From positions 120,001-152,000 of the forward strand of contig CAWJMG010000003.1 in assembly GCA_963843975.1 (NCBI GenBank): a DNA stretch of 32,000 bases. Direction: 5' to 3'. The stretch is from an uncultured Actinomycetes bacterium. GTDB taxonomy: Bacteria; Actinomycetota; Actinomycetes; S36-B12; CAIYMF01. Positions 1 to 8,356 of this stretch are shown piece after piece. The position numbers were made by a program, and so were the translations under genes. Within the stretch, counting starts at the first letter, position 1. The number at the start of each line of letters is the position of its first letter. The notes under the pieces are model-generated. The model did no database searches. It saw only the letters and a list, made by a program, of their open reading frames with translations, and had not been told where the DNA came from.

Positions 1-846
1 CGTGACGCCGGCGTGCCCGCCGACGCGTACATCAACATCTACGCGACCAACGACCAGGTCTCGAAGCTCATCGCCGACCCTCGGGTGCAGGGCATCTCGC
101 TGACCGGCTCGGGCCGTGCCGGTGCTGCCGTCGCCGAGCAGGCCGGGCGCCACCTGAAGAAGGTCGTCCTCGAGCTGGGTGGCAGCGACCCGTTCATCCT
201 GCTGGGCACCGACGACATGGACGCGACCGTCGAGGCCGCCACCGCCGCGCGCATGGACAACGCCGGCCAGGCCTGCAACGCCGCGAAGCGCTTCATCGTC
301 CTCGAGCACCTCTACGACGAGTTCGTCGAGAAGTTCACCGCCTCCGTCACCACGATGCAGTACGGCGACCCGGCGGCGGAGGACACCGCCTACGGCCCGC
401 TCTCCTCCGCGCTCGCGGCGGACCGCCTCGAGGAGCAGGTGAGGCAGGCGACGGCTGACGGCGCCGAGCTCGTCGGCGGCTCGCGCGAGGGCAACTTCGT
501 GCAGGGCGGCGTGCTCACCAACGTGCAGCCCGGCAACTCGGCGTACGGCCAGGAGCTCTTCGGCCCCATCGCGCAGGTCTACAAGGCTGCCGACGAGGCC
601 GACGCGATCCGCCTTGCCAACGACACCGAGTACGGCCTGGGCAGCTACGTCTTCACCAACGACCCGGAGCAGGCCGCCCGAGTCGCCGACCAGATCGAGG
701 CCGGCATGGTCTTCGTCAACTGCGTCGGCGCCGACGGCGTCGAGCTGCCGTTCGGCGGCATCAAGGCCTCGGGCTTCGGCCGCGAGCTCGGCCGGTTCGG
801 CATGGAGGAGTTCGTCAACAAGAAGCTCATCCGCGTCAACGCCTGA
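1..846 (+). CDS. Aldehyde dehydrogenase, succinate-semialdehyde-dehydrogenase-like (5' end outside window)
   Basis: Frame 1 is open from base 1, so the ATG at 13 is internal. ALDH hallmarks LELGGSDP and GQACNAAKR (catalytic Cys). C-terminus FGRELGRFGMEEFVNKKLIRV is typical of SSADH-type enzymes. TGA at 844-846. Confidence 0.9.
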   Translation, partial: RDAGVPADAYINIYATNDQVSKLIADPRVQGISLTGSGRAGAAVAEQAGRHLKKVVLELGGSDPFILLGTDDMDATVEAATAARMDNAGQACNAAKRFIVLEHLYDEFVEKFTASVTTMQYGDPAAEDTAYGPLSSALAADRLEEQVRQATADGAELVGGSREGNFVQGGVLTNVQPGNSAYGQELFGPIAQVYKAADEADAIRLANDTEYGLGSYVFTNDPEQAARVADQIEAGMVFVNCVGADGVELPFGGIKASGFGRELGRFGMEEFVNKKLIRVNA

Positions 847-859
847 TCCGCTCCACGTA

Positions 860-893
860 CGACGGCCCGCACCCACCAGGGTGCGGGCCGTCG
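860..893. terminator. Bidirectional hairpin terminator between convergent genes
   Basis: Perfect 15-bp stem (860-874 pairs with 879-893) with loop ACCA. Lies between the stops at 846 (+) and 897 (-). No T-tract, as is usual in high-GC actinobacteria. Confidence 0.7.
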
Positions 894-896
894 CCG

Positions 897-2141
897 TCAG
901 GAGCTGCGTTGCTCCGCGGTCTCGGCGTGGGCGATGTGGGAGAGCTGGCGCCACACGAGGGCGAGGGTGATGCCGGCGCCGACGAAGGCGAACCAGAACG
1001 GCGCGGTCAGCCCCCAGGTCTCAGCGATCCAGCCGCCGAGCGCCTGCCCGATCACGATGCCGCCGAAGACGCAGACCATGTAGACGCTGCCGACCCGGCC
1101 CTGCAGGGCCGTGGGCGTCGCGCGCTGACGCACCGTGGTCGAGACGGCACCCCACACGAAGGCGTACGCCCCGAACACCACCATGATCGCGATCGCCACC
1201 GCACCGGACGGTGCCAGCGCGAGGGAGAGGTGGGTGACCACCTCGAGCAGCAGGCAGGTGCGCATCACAGTGGCGAGGTCGAAGCGCCGTTCGATCCAGT
1301 CGTAGGAGCTCGTGCTCACGAGACCACCTACCGCTGCGGCGGAGGTCAGGAGCCCGTAGCCCACGGGACCCATGTGCAGGTGGTCGAGGGCGTAGAGCAC
1401 GAGCACAGACCAGGCGGCACCCCAGGTGATGTTGAACGCGACGATGACGATCGCGAGGGTGCGGACGGCGTCGTGGTGCCAGACCCAGCGCAGGCCCTCG
1501 CGGATGTCGCGCAGCACGTGCGTCTGCTCGTCGCCGCGGACACCGCCCTTGGGCAGCGCGATGCGCGCGACCAGGACGACGGAGAACGCCACGAGCACGC
1601 CCTGGGTCACGAACGGCCACGCGATGCCCGCGGCGAACAGGAACGCGCCGACCGGCGGCCCGACGATCTGGTTGGCCACGAGGAAGCTGCCCTGGAAGCG
1701 GGCGTTGCCGACACCGAGGTCCTCGGGCGCCACGAGCATCGGCAGCAGGGTCTGGGACGACGTGTCCGCGAAGACCTCCGCGACGCCGAGCAGGAGCATC
1801 GCCCCGAGGACGACTCCGACGCTCACGTGCCCGGTGACGATGAAGGTCGCGAGCACAGCCAGCACGACCGCGCGGGCGGCGTCCGACGCCATCACCAGGC
1901 GCTTGCGGTCGACGCGGTCTGCGATCGCACCGGCGTACAGGCCGAGGACGAGCCAGGGGAAGCGCTGCAGCAGGGCCGCGAGCGCGACCAGGAACGCGTT
2001 GCTGGTCAACGAGGCCACGAGCAGCGGCCCGGCGGCGAGGGCGACGCCGTCGCCGATGTTGCTCGCCCACGACGAGCCGAGGAGCCAGCGGAACCCCGTT
2101 CCCATGCGCGGGGGCGCGACACGGTCGAGGAGGCGGCTCAC
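897..2141 (-). CDS. MFS transporter (MFS_3 / enterobactin-exporter-like family)
   Basis: 414-aa ORF that is hydrophobic throughout. N-terminal FRWLLGSSWASNIGDG motif and loop GAIADRVDRKRL are typical of this MFS subfamily. Start uncertain: GTG at 2141 or the internal ATG 12 codons downstream. Confidence 0.85.
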   Translation of the reverse strand: MSRLLDRVAPPRMGTGFRWLLGSSWASNIGDGVALAAGPLLVASLTSNAFLVALAALLQRFPWLVLGLYAGAIADRVDRKRLVMASDAARAVVLAVLATFIVTGHVSVGVVLGAMLLLGVAEVFADTSSQTLLPMLVAPEDLGVGNARFQGSFLVANQIVGPPVGAFLFAAGIAWPFVTQGVLVAFSVVLVARIALPKGGVRGDEQTHVLRDIREGLRWVWHHDAVRTLAIVIVAFNITWGAAWSVLVLYALDHLHMGPVGYGLLTSAAAVGGLVSTSSYDWIERRFDLATVMRTCLLLEVVTHLSLALAPSGAVAIAIMVVFGAYAFVWGAVSTTVRQRATPTALQGRVGSVYMVCVFGGIVIGQALGGWIAETWGLTAPFWFAFVGAGITLALVWRQLSHIAHAETAEQRSS

Positions 2142-2264
2142 GAGAACGGGAGCCTACGTGCGGGAACGTCCGCGAGTCGCCCGCGTTCCGGGCACCTGCC
2201 TGACGCGGCACGCCAACGCCGTCAAGGTGGTGCGGGCGCGCCGCACCTCTCCTAGCGTTCGCGC

Positions 2265-4451
2265 ATGACCTCGGACGAGCGGCGCACGGTCCACCGCGGA
2301 TGCAACCTGTGCGAGGCGAGCTGCGGGCTCACGATCGAGGTGCGGGGGAGCGAGGTGCTCTCGATCCGCGGTGACGTCGACGACCCGTTCTCGAAGGGCT
2401 ACGTCTGCCGCAAGGGCATCGCCCTGCAGGACCTGCAGACCGACCCCGACCGGCTGCAGACTCCGGTGCGTCGCAGGGACGACGGGACCTTCGAGCCGAT
2501 CGGCTGGGACGAGGCGCTCGACCTCGTGGCCGACGGGCTCACGCGGATCCGCGACCGCGACGGCGGCGAGGCGATCTCGTTCTACCTCGGCAACCCGATC
2601 ACGCACGGATGGGCGCCGGTCACGCTCGTGCCGCTGCTCATGGACGCGCTGGACGTGAAGGCCCGCTACTCCGCGGCGAGCGTCGACCAGCAGCCGCAGC
2701 ACCTGCTGTCGTACCTGCTCTTCGGGTCGCCGCTCCTGCTGCCGGTGCCCGACGTCGACCGCACCGACCTGCTGCTCGTCGTCGGCGGCAACCCTGTGGT
2801 GTCGAACGGCTCGATCATGACGGCGCCCGACATGCGCCGCCGCATCTCCGACCTGCAGGGTCGTGGCGGCCGCCTCGTCGTCGTCGACCCGCGCCGGTCC
2901 GAGACCGCCGACGTGGCCGACGAGCACATCGCGATCCGGCCGGGCACCGACGTGTGGCTGCTTGCCGCGATGCTCACGACGCTGCAGAAGGAGGGCCTCG
3001 TCCGCCCAGGCAGGGCTGCCGGCTGGGTGGACGGGCTGCAGCAGGTGCTCGACGCCGTCCGTCCCGTGACCGCCGAGCGGGCCGCGGCCGTCACCGGGAT
3101 CCCCGCCGAGACGATCCGGCGCCTCGCGGTGGAGCTCGGCACCGCTCGCCGCGCTGCGGTGTACGGCAGGCTCGGCGTCACGCAGTCGGTGTTCGGCACT
3201 CCGGCGTACTGGCTCGTGCACGCGCTCAACATCGCGACCGGCCGCCTCGACGAGGTCGGCGGCGTGATGTTCTCGACGCCGGCCTTCGACCTGCCCGTGA
3301 TCGGCGCGCGCACGACCGACCTCATCGGCTACGACCGCTGGCGCTCGCGCGTGCGCGGCATCCCGGAGTTCTCGGCCGAGCTCCCGGTGGCCACTCTCGC
3401 CGACGAGATCCTGACGCCCGGCACGGGCCAGCTGCGGGCGCTCGTGCTGTACGCCGGCAACCCGGTGCTGTCGGCGCCCGACGGTTCGAGGCTCGAGCAG
3501 GCGCTGCAGGACCTCGACCTCTGCGTCGCCGTCGACTACTACGTCACCGAGTCGACGCGCCACGCCCACGTGATCCTGCCGCCGACCTCACCGCTCGAGC
3601 GCGACGAGTTCGACGTCGTCTTCCCGGCGGTGAGCGTGCGCAACTGGGTGCGCTGGAGCCCCGCCGCGGTCCGGGCGCCGGAGGGCTCGATGTCGGACGC
3701 CGACATCCTGCTCGCGCTGCTGGCGCGCGTGTGGCGTCGTACGCCCAAGACACGTCGTACGGCATCCATGCGCGAGAAGGTCTTCCGCGGTCTGTTCCCG
3801 CGCCGCTTCGTCGACCTCGGTCTGCGCGCCGGCCCCTACGGCGCCCGCAAGGGTCGCGGCGGTCTCACGCTCGCGAAGGTGATGGAGGCCGAGCACGGCC
3901 TCGACCTCGGACCGCTCGAGCGACGGCTGCCGCAGCGCCTCATGACCGACCGGCGGCGCATCCCGTTGGCGCACCCGGCCGTGATGGCCGACTGGCCGCG
4001 CGTGATGGCGGCGCTCCAGGCTCTCGAGGCGGGGCGCGCGGACGGCCGCGACCTGCTCCTCATCGGGCGTCGGCACCTGCGCAGCAACAACTCGTGGATG
4101 CACAACAGCGCCCGCCTCACCAAGGGCCGCAACCGATTCACGGTGCAGATGCACCCGGACGACGCGGCCGCACGCGGCCTGGCGGACGGCGACACGGCCG
4201 TCATCAGCACCGACGTCGGCAGCATCGAGGTGCCGGTCGAGGTGACCGACCGCCTCATGCCGGGGGTGGTGAGCGTGCCGCACGGCTACGGCCACGACCG
4301 GGCGGGCGCCCCGACGGGCTGGCGGCATGCGTCGTCGCTGGGCGGCGCGAGCGTCAACGACATCACCGACACGCAGCGCATCGACCCGCTGTCGGGCAAT
4401 GCCGCCGTGCAGGCCGTTCCCGTGACGGTCGCCCGCGCCGGCGGCGCGTGA
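2265..4451 (+). CDS. Molybdopterin-dependent oxidoreductase (MopB superfamily, cytoplasmic, formate-dehydrogenase/BisC-like)
   Basis: 728 aa. N-terminal Fe-S Cys cluster CNLCEASCG...YVCRKG, no signal peptide. C-terminal molybdopterin-binding barrel (VQMHPDDAAARGLADGDTAVISTDVGSIEVPVEV...VPHGYGH). Substrate not inferable. Confidence 0.85.
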   Translation: MTSDERRTVHRGCNLCEASCGLTIEVRGSEVLSIRGDVDDPFSKGYVCRKGIALQDLQTDPDRLQTPVRRRDDGTFEPIGWDEALDLVADGLTRIRDRDGGEAISFYLGNPITHGWAPVTLVPLLMDALDVKARYSAASVDQQPQHLLSYLLFGSPLLLPVPDVDRTDLLLVVGGNPVVSNGSIMTAPDMRRRISDLQGRGGRLVVVDPRRSETADVADEHIAIRPGTDVWLLAAMLTTLQKEGLVRPGRAAGWVDGLQQVLDAVRPVTAERAAAVTGIPAETIRRLAVELGTARRAAVYGRLGVTQSVFGTPAYWLVHALNIATGRLDEVGGVMFSTPAFDLPVIGARTTDLIGYDRWRSRVRGIPEFSAELPVATLADEILTPGTGQLRALVLYAGNPVLSAPDGSRLEQALQDLDLCVAVDYYVTESTRHAHVILPPTSPLERDEFDVVFPAVSVRNWVRWSPAAVRAPEGSMSDADILLALLARVWRRTPKTRRTASMREKVFRGLFPRRFVDLGLRAGPYGARKGRGGLTLAKVMEAEHGLDLGPLERRLPQRLMTDRRRIPLAHPAVMADWPRVMAALQALEAGRADGRDLLLIGRRHLRSNNSWMHNSARLTKGRNRFTVQMHPDDAAARGLADGDTAVISTDVGSIEVPVEVTDRLMPGVVSVPHGYGHDRAGAPTGWRHASSLGGASVNDITDTQRIDPLSGNAAVQAVPVTVARAGGA

Positions 4452-4455
4452 GCGG

Positions 4456-5241
4456 CTAGACCGCGACGGCCAGCACGGGGGTGGTGGTGGGCGCCGACGA
4501 GCCGCCCGCCGGCTCCACCGTGACGCCGACGGCGCTGGCGGTGCCGAGGTCGCCCTGAAGGACGACTGCGCTGCGCTCGCCCGCCGGGACGAAGCCGGCC
4601 GACGTGGGCGCGCCGGAGTCCGACAGGTACCAGATCTGGTACGTGCTCCCCGTCGGCGCAGGTGCCAGTCCGTCGGTGACCAGCACGGACCTGTCGAGCG
4701 ACTTCGAGCTGACGACGGCAGCCCGGCCACCGGTGGTCACCGCAGCCGTGGTGGTCGTGGCGTCGGGGGCCGTGAGCACCTCGGTGACCTCTGCGGCCTG
4801 CTGGGACACGGACCCGAGCTGCTCGTTCAGCTGCACCGTGCGCACCACGGCACCGCCCGCGACGAGCGCGAGCGCGGCGGCGATGCCGACGAGCCACGGC
4901 GAGCGACGACGGTCGCGACGCTCGCGCGCCGCCGCCACCTCGTCGACCGGTGCGGCCGCCGAGGTCGCAGCGACGATCGGCGGCGGCGCGTCCGCGACGT
5001 CGGGCACCGGCGGCAGCGGCCGCACCTGCGAGATGCCGGCGAGGACGGACGAGCGGAGCGAGGCCGGGGGAGTCTCGGCGACGTCGAGGGCGAGGGCGCC
5101 TGCTGCCTCGCGGAGCGAGCGCACCTCGTCCCGGCACGAGCCGCACGACTCGAGGTGCTCCTCGAAGGCCGCGGCCTCCTCGGGCTCGAGGGCGTCGAGG
5201 GCGTACGCGCCTGAGAGCGCGTGCACATCGGCGTTCGTCAT
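4456..5241 (-). CDS. rskA: Anti-sigma-K factor RskA family (zinc-associated anti-sigma N-domain, one TM, extracytoplasmic RskA domain)
   Basis: 261 aa. N-terminal HLESCGSC (H-x3-C-x2-C), TM helix WLVGIAAALALVAGGAVV, C-terminal YQIWYLSDSG...VGVTVEPAGGSSAPTTTPVL typical of the RskA domain. The start overlaps the sigma stop by ATGA (5238-5241). Confidence 0.9.
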   Translation of the reverse strand: MTNADVHALSGAYALDALEPEEAAAFEEHLESCGSCRDEVRSLREAAGALALDVAETPPASLRSSVLAGISQVRPLPPVPDVADAPPPIVAATSAAAPVDEVAAARERRDRRRSPWLVGIAAALALVAGGAVVRTVQLNEQLGSVSQQAAEVTEVLTAPDATTTTAAVTTGGRAAVVSSKSLDRSVLVTDGLAPAPTGSTYQIWYLSDSGAPTSAGFVPAGERSAVVLQGDLGTASAVGVTVEPAGGSSAPTTTPVLAVAV

Positions 5242-5867
5242 GCGTCCACCCCCAACGTGTCGCGGAGCCGGATCAGCCCGTCCCGCATCCTGGTCTTCAC
5301 TGTTCCGAGCGGCACCCCCAGGAGGTCCGAGACCTCTCGGTGGGTGTAGCCCCCGTAGTACGCAAGCGTGACAGCCTCACGCTGCACATCGGTCAACGAC
5401 CCGAGCGCGCGTCGTACCCGTGCCTGCTCGAGGTTCGCCGTGACCGCCTCGTCCACGACGTCGTACTCCGGTCCGTCTCCGACGGCGGCGTACCGGCGGT
5501 CGCGCTCGTGCGAGCTCTCCGCCGACCGCACCCGGTCGACGGCCCGGCGGTGCACGATCGTCAGCATCCAGGCCAGCGCCGACCCCCGTGCGGCGTCGAA
5601 CCGGGCGGACTGCCGCCAGATCTCGAGGTAGGCCTCCTGTGCGACCTCCTCGGCCTGCGCCGGGTCGCGGACGACCCGGCGCGCGAGGCCGAAGACGCGG
5701 GAGCTCGTGAGGTCGTAGATCTCGGCGAACGCCGCCTCGTCACCGCGGCTGGACCTGCCCAGCAGCGCGACGAGCCGGGACGCGATGGCCGACGGGTCAC
5801 CCCCGCCCGACGGATCGGGCGAGGGCGACATGTCGGGGTCCACGCGCCACAGGCTGCCAGACCTCAC
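5238..5867 (-). CDS. sigK: ECF RNA polymerase sigma factor, SigK-type
   Basis: Sigma-70 region 2 (AQEVAQEAYLEIWRQSARFD...WMLTIVHRRAVDRVR) and region 4 (LTDVQREAVTLAYYGGYTHREVSDLLGVPLGTVKTRMRDGL). Translationally coupled to an RskA-type anti-sigma. Start uncertain: GTG at 5867 or ATG at 5831. Confidence 0.88.
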   Translation of the reverse strand: MRSGSLWRVDPDMSPSPDPSGGGDPSAIASRLVALLGRSSRGDEAAFAEIYDLTSSRVFGLARRVVRDPAQAEEVAQEAYLEIWRQSARFDAARGSALAWMLTIVHRRAVDRVRSAESSHERDRRYAAVGDGPEYDVVDEAVTANLEQARVRRALGSLTDVQREAVTLAYYGGYTHREVSDLLGVPLGTVKTRMRDGLIRLRDTLGVDA

Positions 5868-5913
5868 AGGTTCGTACCTCTCGGTGCTGTCAGCGTCCGC
5901 TGAGCGACCAGCG

Positions 5914-6561
5914 TCAGCTGGGCAGGAGAACGTTGTCGATCAGGTACACCGTCGCGTTGGCGGTCGGCACGTTGCCGCAGACGACCTTCGCGTTGCCGTT
6001 CACGGTGAAGTCCTCGCCCGAGCCGGCGACGGTGATCGTGCCGCCCTGGAGCGTCTTGTGGGTGCCGGCGAGGTCGGCGGGCGAGAGCTTGCCCGGGACG
6101 ACGTGGTACGTCAGCACGGTCGTCAGCAGGCCCTTCGGGTCGGCCAGCGCCTTGTCGAGCGTGGCCTTGTCGAGCGCGGCGAACGCGTCGTTGGTCGGCG
6201 CGAAGACCGTGATGCCCTCGGCGGAGTTGAGCGAGTCGACGAGGCCGGCCTTCGTCACCGCGGTGACGAGGGTCGAGAGCGCCGGGTTGTGCGAGGCGGC
6301 GGTCGCAACCGGGTCGGTCGCCATGCCGGTGAACGAGCCGGGGCCGTCGGTCGGGACCGCGGCGCAGCCTGCGCCGAAGACCTGGCTCATCGGGTCCATC
6401 GCGTCGGTGGTGGGCGAGGTCATGGGCGCCGACGACGAGGCAGCGGCGGCAGGGGCCGAGGTCGTCGCGGAGCCGCTCGTGCTCGATCCGCACGCCGCGA
6501 GGGCGAGGGGGAGGACGAGGAGGGCGGCGGCCGCACTGACGCGGCGGGACTTCAGGGACAT
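5914..6561 (-). CDS. Fasciclin (FAS1) domain lipoprotein, MPT70/MPT83-like
   Basis: 215 aa. Signal peptide with lipobox LALAAC, then an S/A/T/P linker. The FAS1 domain has the Cys pair (GAGCAAVP ... VVCGNV) and the C-terminal TANATVYLIDNVLLP motif that I recall from MPT70/MPT83. RBS AAGGAGAA lies upstream. Confidence 0.9.
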   Translation of the reverse strand: MSLKSRRVSAAAALLVLPLALAACGSSTSGSATTSAPAAAASSSAPMTSPTTDAMDPMSQVFGAGCAAVPTDGPGSFTGMATDPVATAASHNPALSTLVTAVTKAGLVDSLNSAEGITVFAPTNDAFAALDKATLDKALADPKGLLTTVLTYHVVPGKLSPADLAGTHKTLQGGTITVAGSGEDFTVNGNAKVVCGNVPTANATVYLIDNVLLPS

Positions 6562-6576
6562 CGGGTTCTCCTTGAT

Positions 6577-6608
6577 GCAGTTCGTCGTGCGGGGCGGGCG
6601 CCGGATGG
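6577..6608 (-). promoter_or_regulatory. Candidate SigK-type ECF promoter upstream of the fasciclin gene
   Basis: Minus strand reads CCATCC (6608-6603), 17 nt, ACGAAC (6585-6580), then TGC. It shares CCATCC and the 8-mer CGAACTGC with the site at 8325-8355. The -10 lies about 19 nt upstream of the ATG and just upstream of the RBS. Confidence 0.55.
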
Positions 6609-6685
6609 TGGCCCGCCTCTCGCTGTCTGTTCGGTGCTGCGCCTCAGGTGGATTGGCCCGGCGGTCACGGATCGCGTGTCCTGCG

Positions 6686-8320
6686 TCACGCGACGTTGAC
6701 GACGACCTCGTGCCAGCCCGTCGCGCCCGAGGGGAACGGCGTTCGGCGCTCGGAGTCCTGGCGCGCGCCTGTGCTGTCCGTGGCGCGAACGCGGATCACG
6801 TGACGGCCCGGCTCGGCGTCCCACGCCAGCACCCACTGGCGCCAGGTGTCGTCGCTGGGCGCGCCGCCGAGCCTCGCGACCCGCCACGGTCCGTCGTCGA
6901 CCTGCACCTCGACGCCGTCGATGCCGCGGTGCTGCGCCCACGTCACGCCGCCGATCGCGATGCGACCGGCGTCGACCGTCGACAGCGGCCGCGGCACGTC
7001 GATGCGCGCCATCGTGCGCACGGGAGCGTCGGTGTCCCACCCGCGCTGCGTCCAGTAGGCCTGCTGGGCGGCGTACGTCGTCGCCTCGATCGAGGTCACC
7101 CATTTGGTTGCCGACACGAAGCCGAAGAGGCCCGGGACGACGAGGCGCGCGGGAAACCCGTGCTCTGCCGGGAGGGGCTCCCCGTTCATCGCCACGGCGA
7201 GGATCGCGTCACGGCCGTCGAGAGCGACCGAGATCGGGGTGCTCGCCGTCCAGCCGTCGACCGAGGTCGACAGCAGCTGCTCGGCACCCGGGTCGATGCC
7301 CGCGCGCGCCAGCAGGTCGGTGAGCCGGACTCCGAGCCAGCGCGCGTTGCCGGCGTACTGGCCTCCCACCTCGTTGGACACGCACGTGAGCGTGAGATCC
7401 CGCTCCACGAGCGGCATCGCGAGGATCTCGTCGTACGAGAGGGTGAACGGCGAGGCGACCATGCCGCCGACCGTCAGGGACCACGTGGCCGGGTCGACCT
7501 GCGGGACTACGAGTGCGGTGTCGACACGGTAGAAGTCAGGGTTGGCGATGCGGAACGACGTGATGCCGGGGATTCCCAGCTCGGCGTCCACGGGGAGCGC
7601 GACCGCCGGGTCCGCCGGTGCCGGGAGGACGACGTCGCGCAGCGCGGCTGCCGCGGACGCGCCCGCCCGCCGCACCGACTCGCCGATGGCGCCGGCGACA
7701 GCTGCTGCCGCGCCCACGACGACGAGCCCGGCCAGCACGCTGCGCCGTGTCGGCGCGCCCTTGGGTCGAGGTGCGGCGTCACCTGCGAAGGCGGCCCGGT
7801 CGATCCCCGGCTCGTCGGCGACGGGCATGGTCGTGTCCGGTCGCGTCAGGATGCGGAACGCGACGGAGGCCGCCACCGCCCCGACGATCGAGGGCAGGGC
7901 GTCGACCAGCGATGCACCCGGTCGCGTCAGTGACGCGGCCGCCGAGGTGAGGGCGAGCAGCAGCACGGCAGAGGTGCCGAGCGGCCGGCTCCGGCGGCCG
8001 AGGAGGCCTGCTGCTGCGGACAGGACGGCGACGAGGATGCCGAGGCCTGCGAGCAGCACCGGCTTGTCGTTGGTGCCGAGGGCCTGCACGGCGATCTGCT
8101 CGAGCCAGCGGGGGGTCAGGTCGACGACCATTGCTCCCGCAGCGGCCAGCGGCGAGCGGGCGGGATCGGTCAGCGCGGCCGCCAGGTGGCCGACGGCGAC
8201 GCCGAGCGCCACGGCCACGACTCCTCGCAGCGCCGAGACCCAGCGTGGGGGCAGGGCGACGTCCGGCTGGGACGGCGTTTCGGGGCGTGGCGGGGCGGGG
8301 ACCAGGCGGAAGGCATCCAT
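6686..8320 (-). CDS. Sulfite-oxidase-family molybdopterin oxidoreductase with N-terminal polytopic membrane domain
   Basis: 544 aa. The first ~190 aa are several hydrophobic helices, followed by an internal TRRSVLAGLVVVGAAAAVAG segment. Next comes an Oxidored_molyb-like core (LTLTCVSNEVGG with the Mo-ligand Cys, GFPARLVVPGLFGFVSATKWV) and a C-terminal Ig-like dimerisation domain. Confidence 0.88.
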   Translation of the reverse strand: MDAFRLVPAPPRPETPSQPDVALPPRWVSALRGVVAVALGVAVGHLAAALTDPARSPLAAAGAMVVDLTPRWLEQIAVQALGTNDKPVLLAGLGILVAVLSAAAGLLGRRSRPLGTSAVLLLALTSAAASLTRPGASLVDALPSIVGAVAASVAFRILTRPDTTMPVADEPGIDRAAFAGDAAPRPKGAPTRRSVLAGLVVVGAAAAVAGAIGESVRRAGASAAAALRDVVLPAPADPAVALPVDAELGIPGITSFRIANPDFYRVDTALVVPQVDPATWSLTVGGMVASPFTLSYDEILAMPLVERDLTLTCVSNEVGGQYAGNARWLGVRLTDLLARAGIDPGAEQLLSTSVDGWTASTPISVALDGRDAILAVAMNGEPLPAEHGFPARLVVPGLFGFVSATKWVTSIEATTYAAQQAYWTQRGWDTDAPVRTMARIDVPRPLSTVDAGRIAIGGVTWAQHRGIDGVEVQVDDGPWRVARLGGAPSDDTWRQWVLAWDAEPGRHVIRVRATDSTGARQDSERRTPFPSGATGWHEVVVNVA

Positions 8321-8324
8321 GCAG

Positions 8325-8355
8325 GCAGTTCGGAGCCGAGGCCGCCCGCGGATGG
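8325..8355 (-). promoter_or_regulatory. Candidate SigK-type ECF promoter; predicted leaderless or near-leaderless transcript for the Mo-enzyme gene
   Basis: Minus strand reads CCATCC (8355-8350), 16 nt, CCGAAC (8333-8328), TGCCTGC, then ATG (8320). The -35 abuts the stop codon (8357-8359) of the upstream PucR gene. No SD sequence fits in the 7 nt before the ATG. Confidence 0.6.
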
Positions 8356-8356
8356 G

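Noticed and set aside
4449-4458. Convergent stops only 4 bp apart (Mo-oxidoreductase and rskA), and 16 bp apart at 17258/17275, with no terminator hairpin.
   Set aside because: Tight convergent packing is common in compact actinobacterial genomes. There is nothing further to interpret from sequence alone.
5868-5903. ACGAAC hexamer (minus strand, 5875-5870) 2 nt upstream of the sigK GTG, and the palindrome TCAGCG-tc-CGCTGA (5890-5903), as a sigK-own promoter or operator.
   Set aside because: No CCATCC-like -35 at 16-17 nt (GGACGC/GACGCT instead). It could matter only if the real sigK start is the ATG at 5831. Left as unresolved rather than called.
6629-6655. Possible second, upstream SigK-like element before the fasciclin gene: CAATCC-N15-CCGAAC on the minus strand.
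   Set aside because: One mismatch in the -35 and a short 15-nt spacer. Too weak to call without TSS data.
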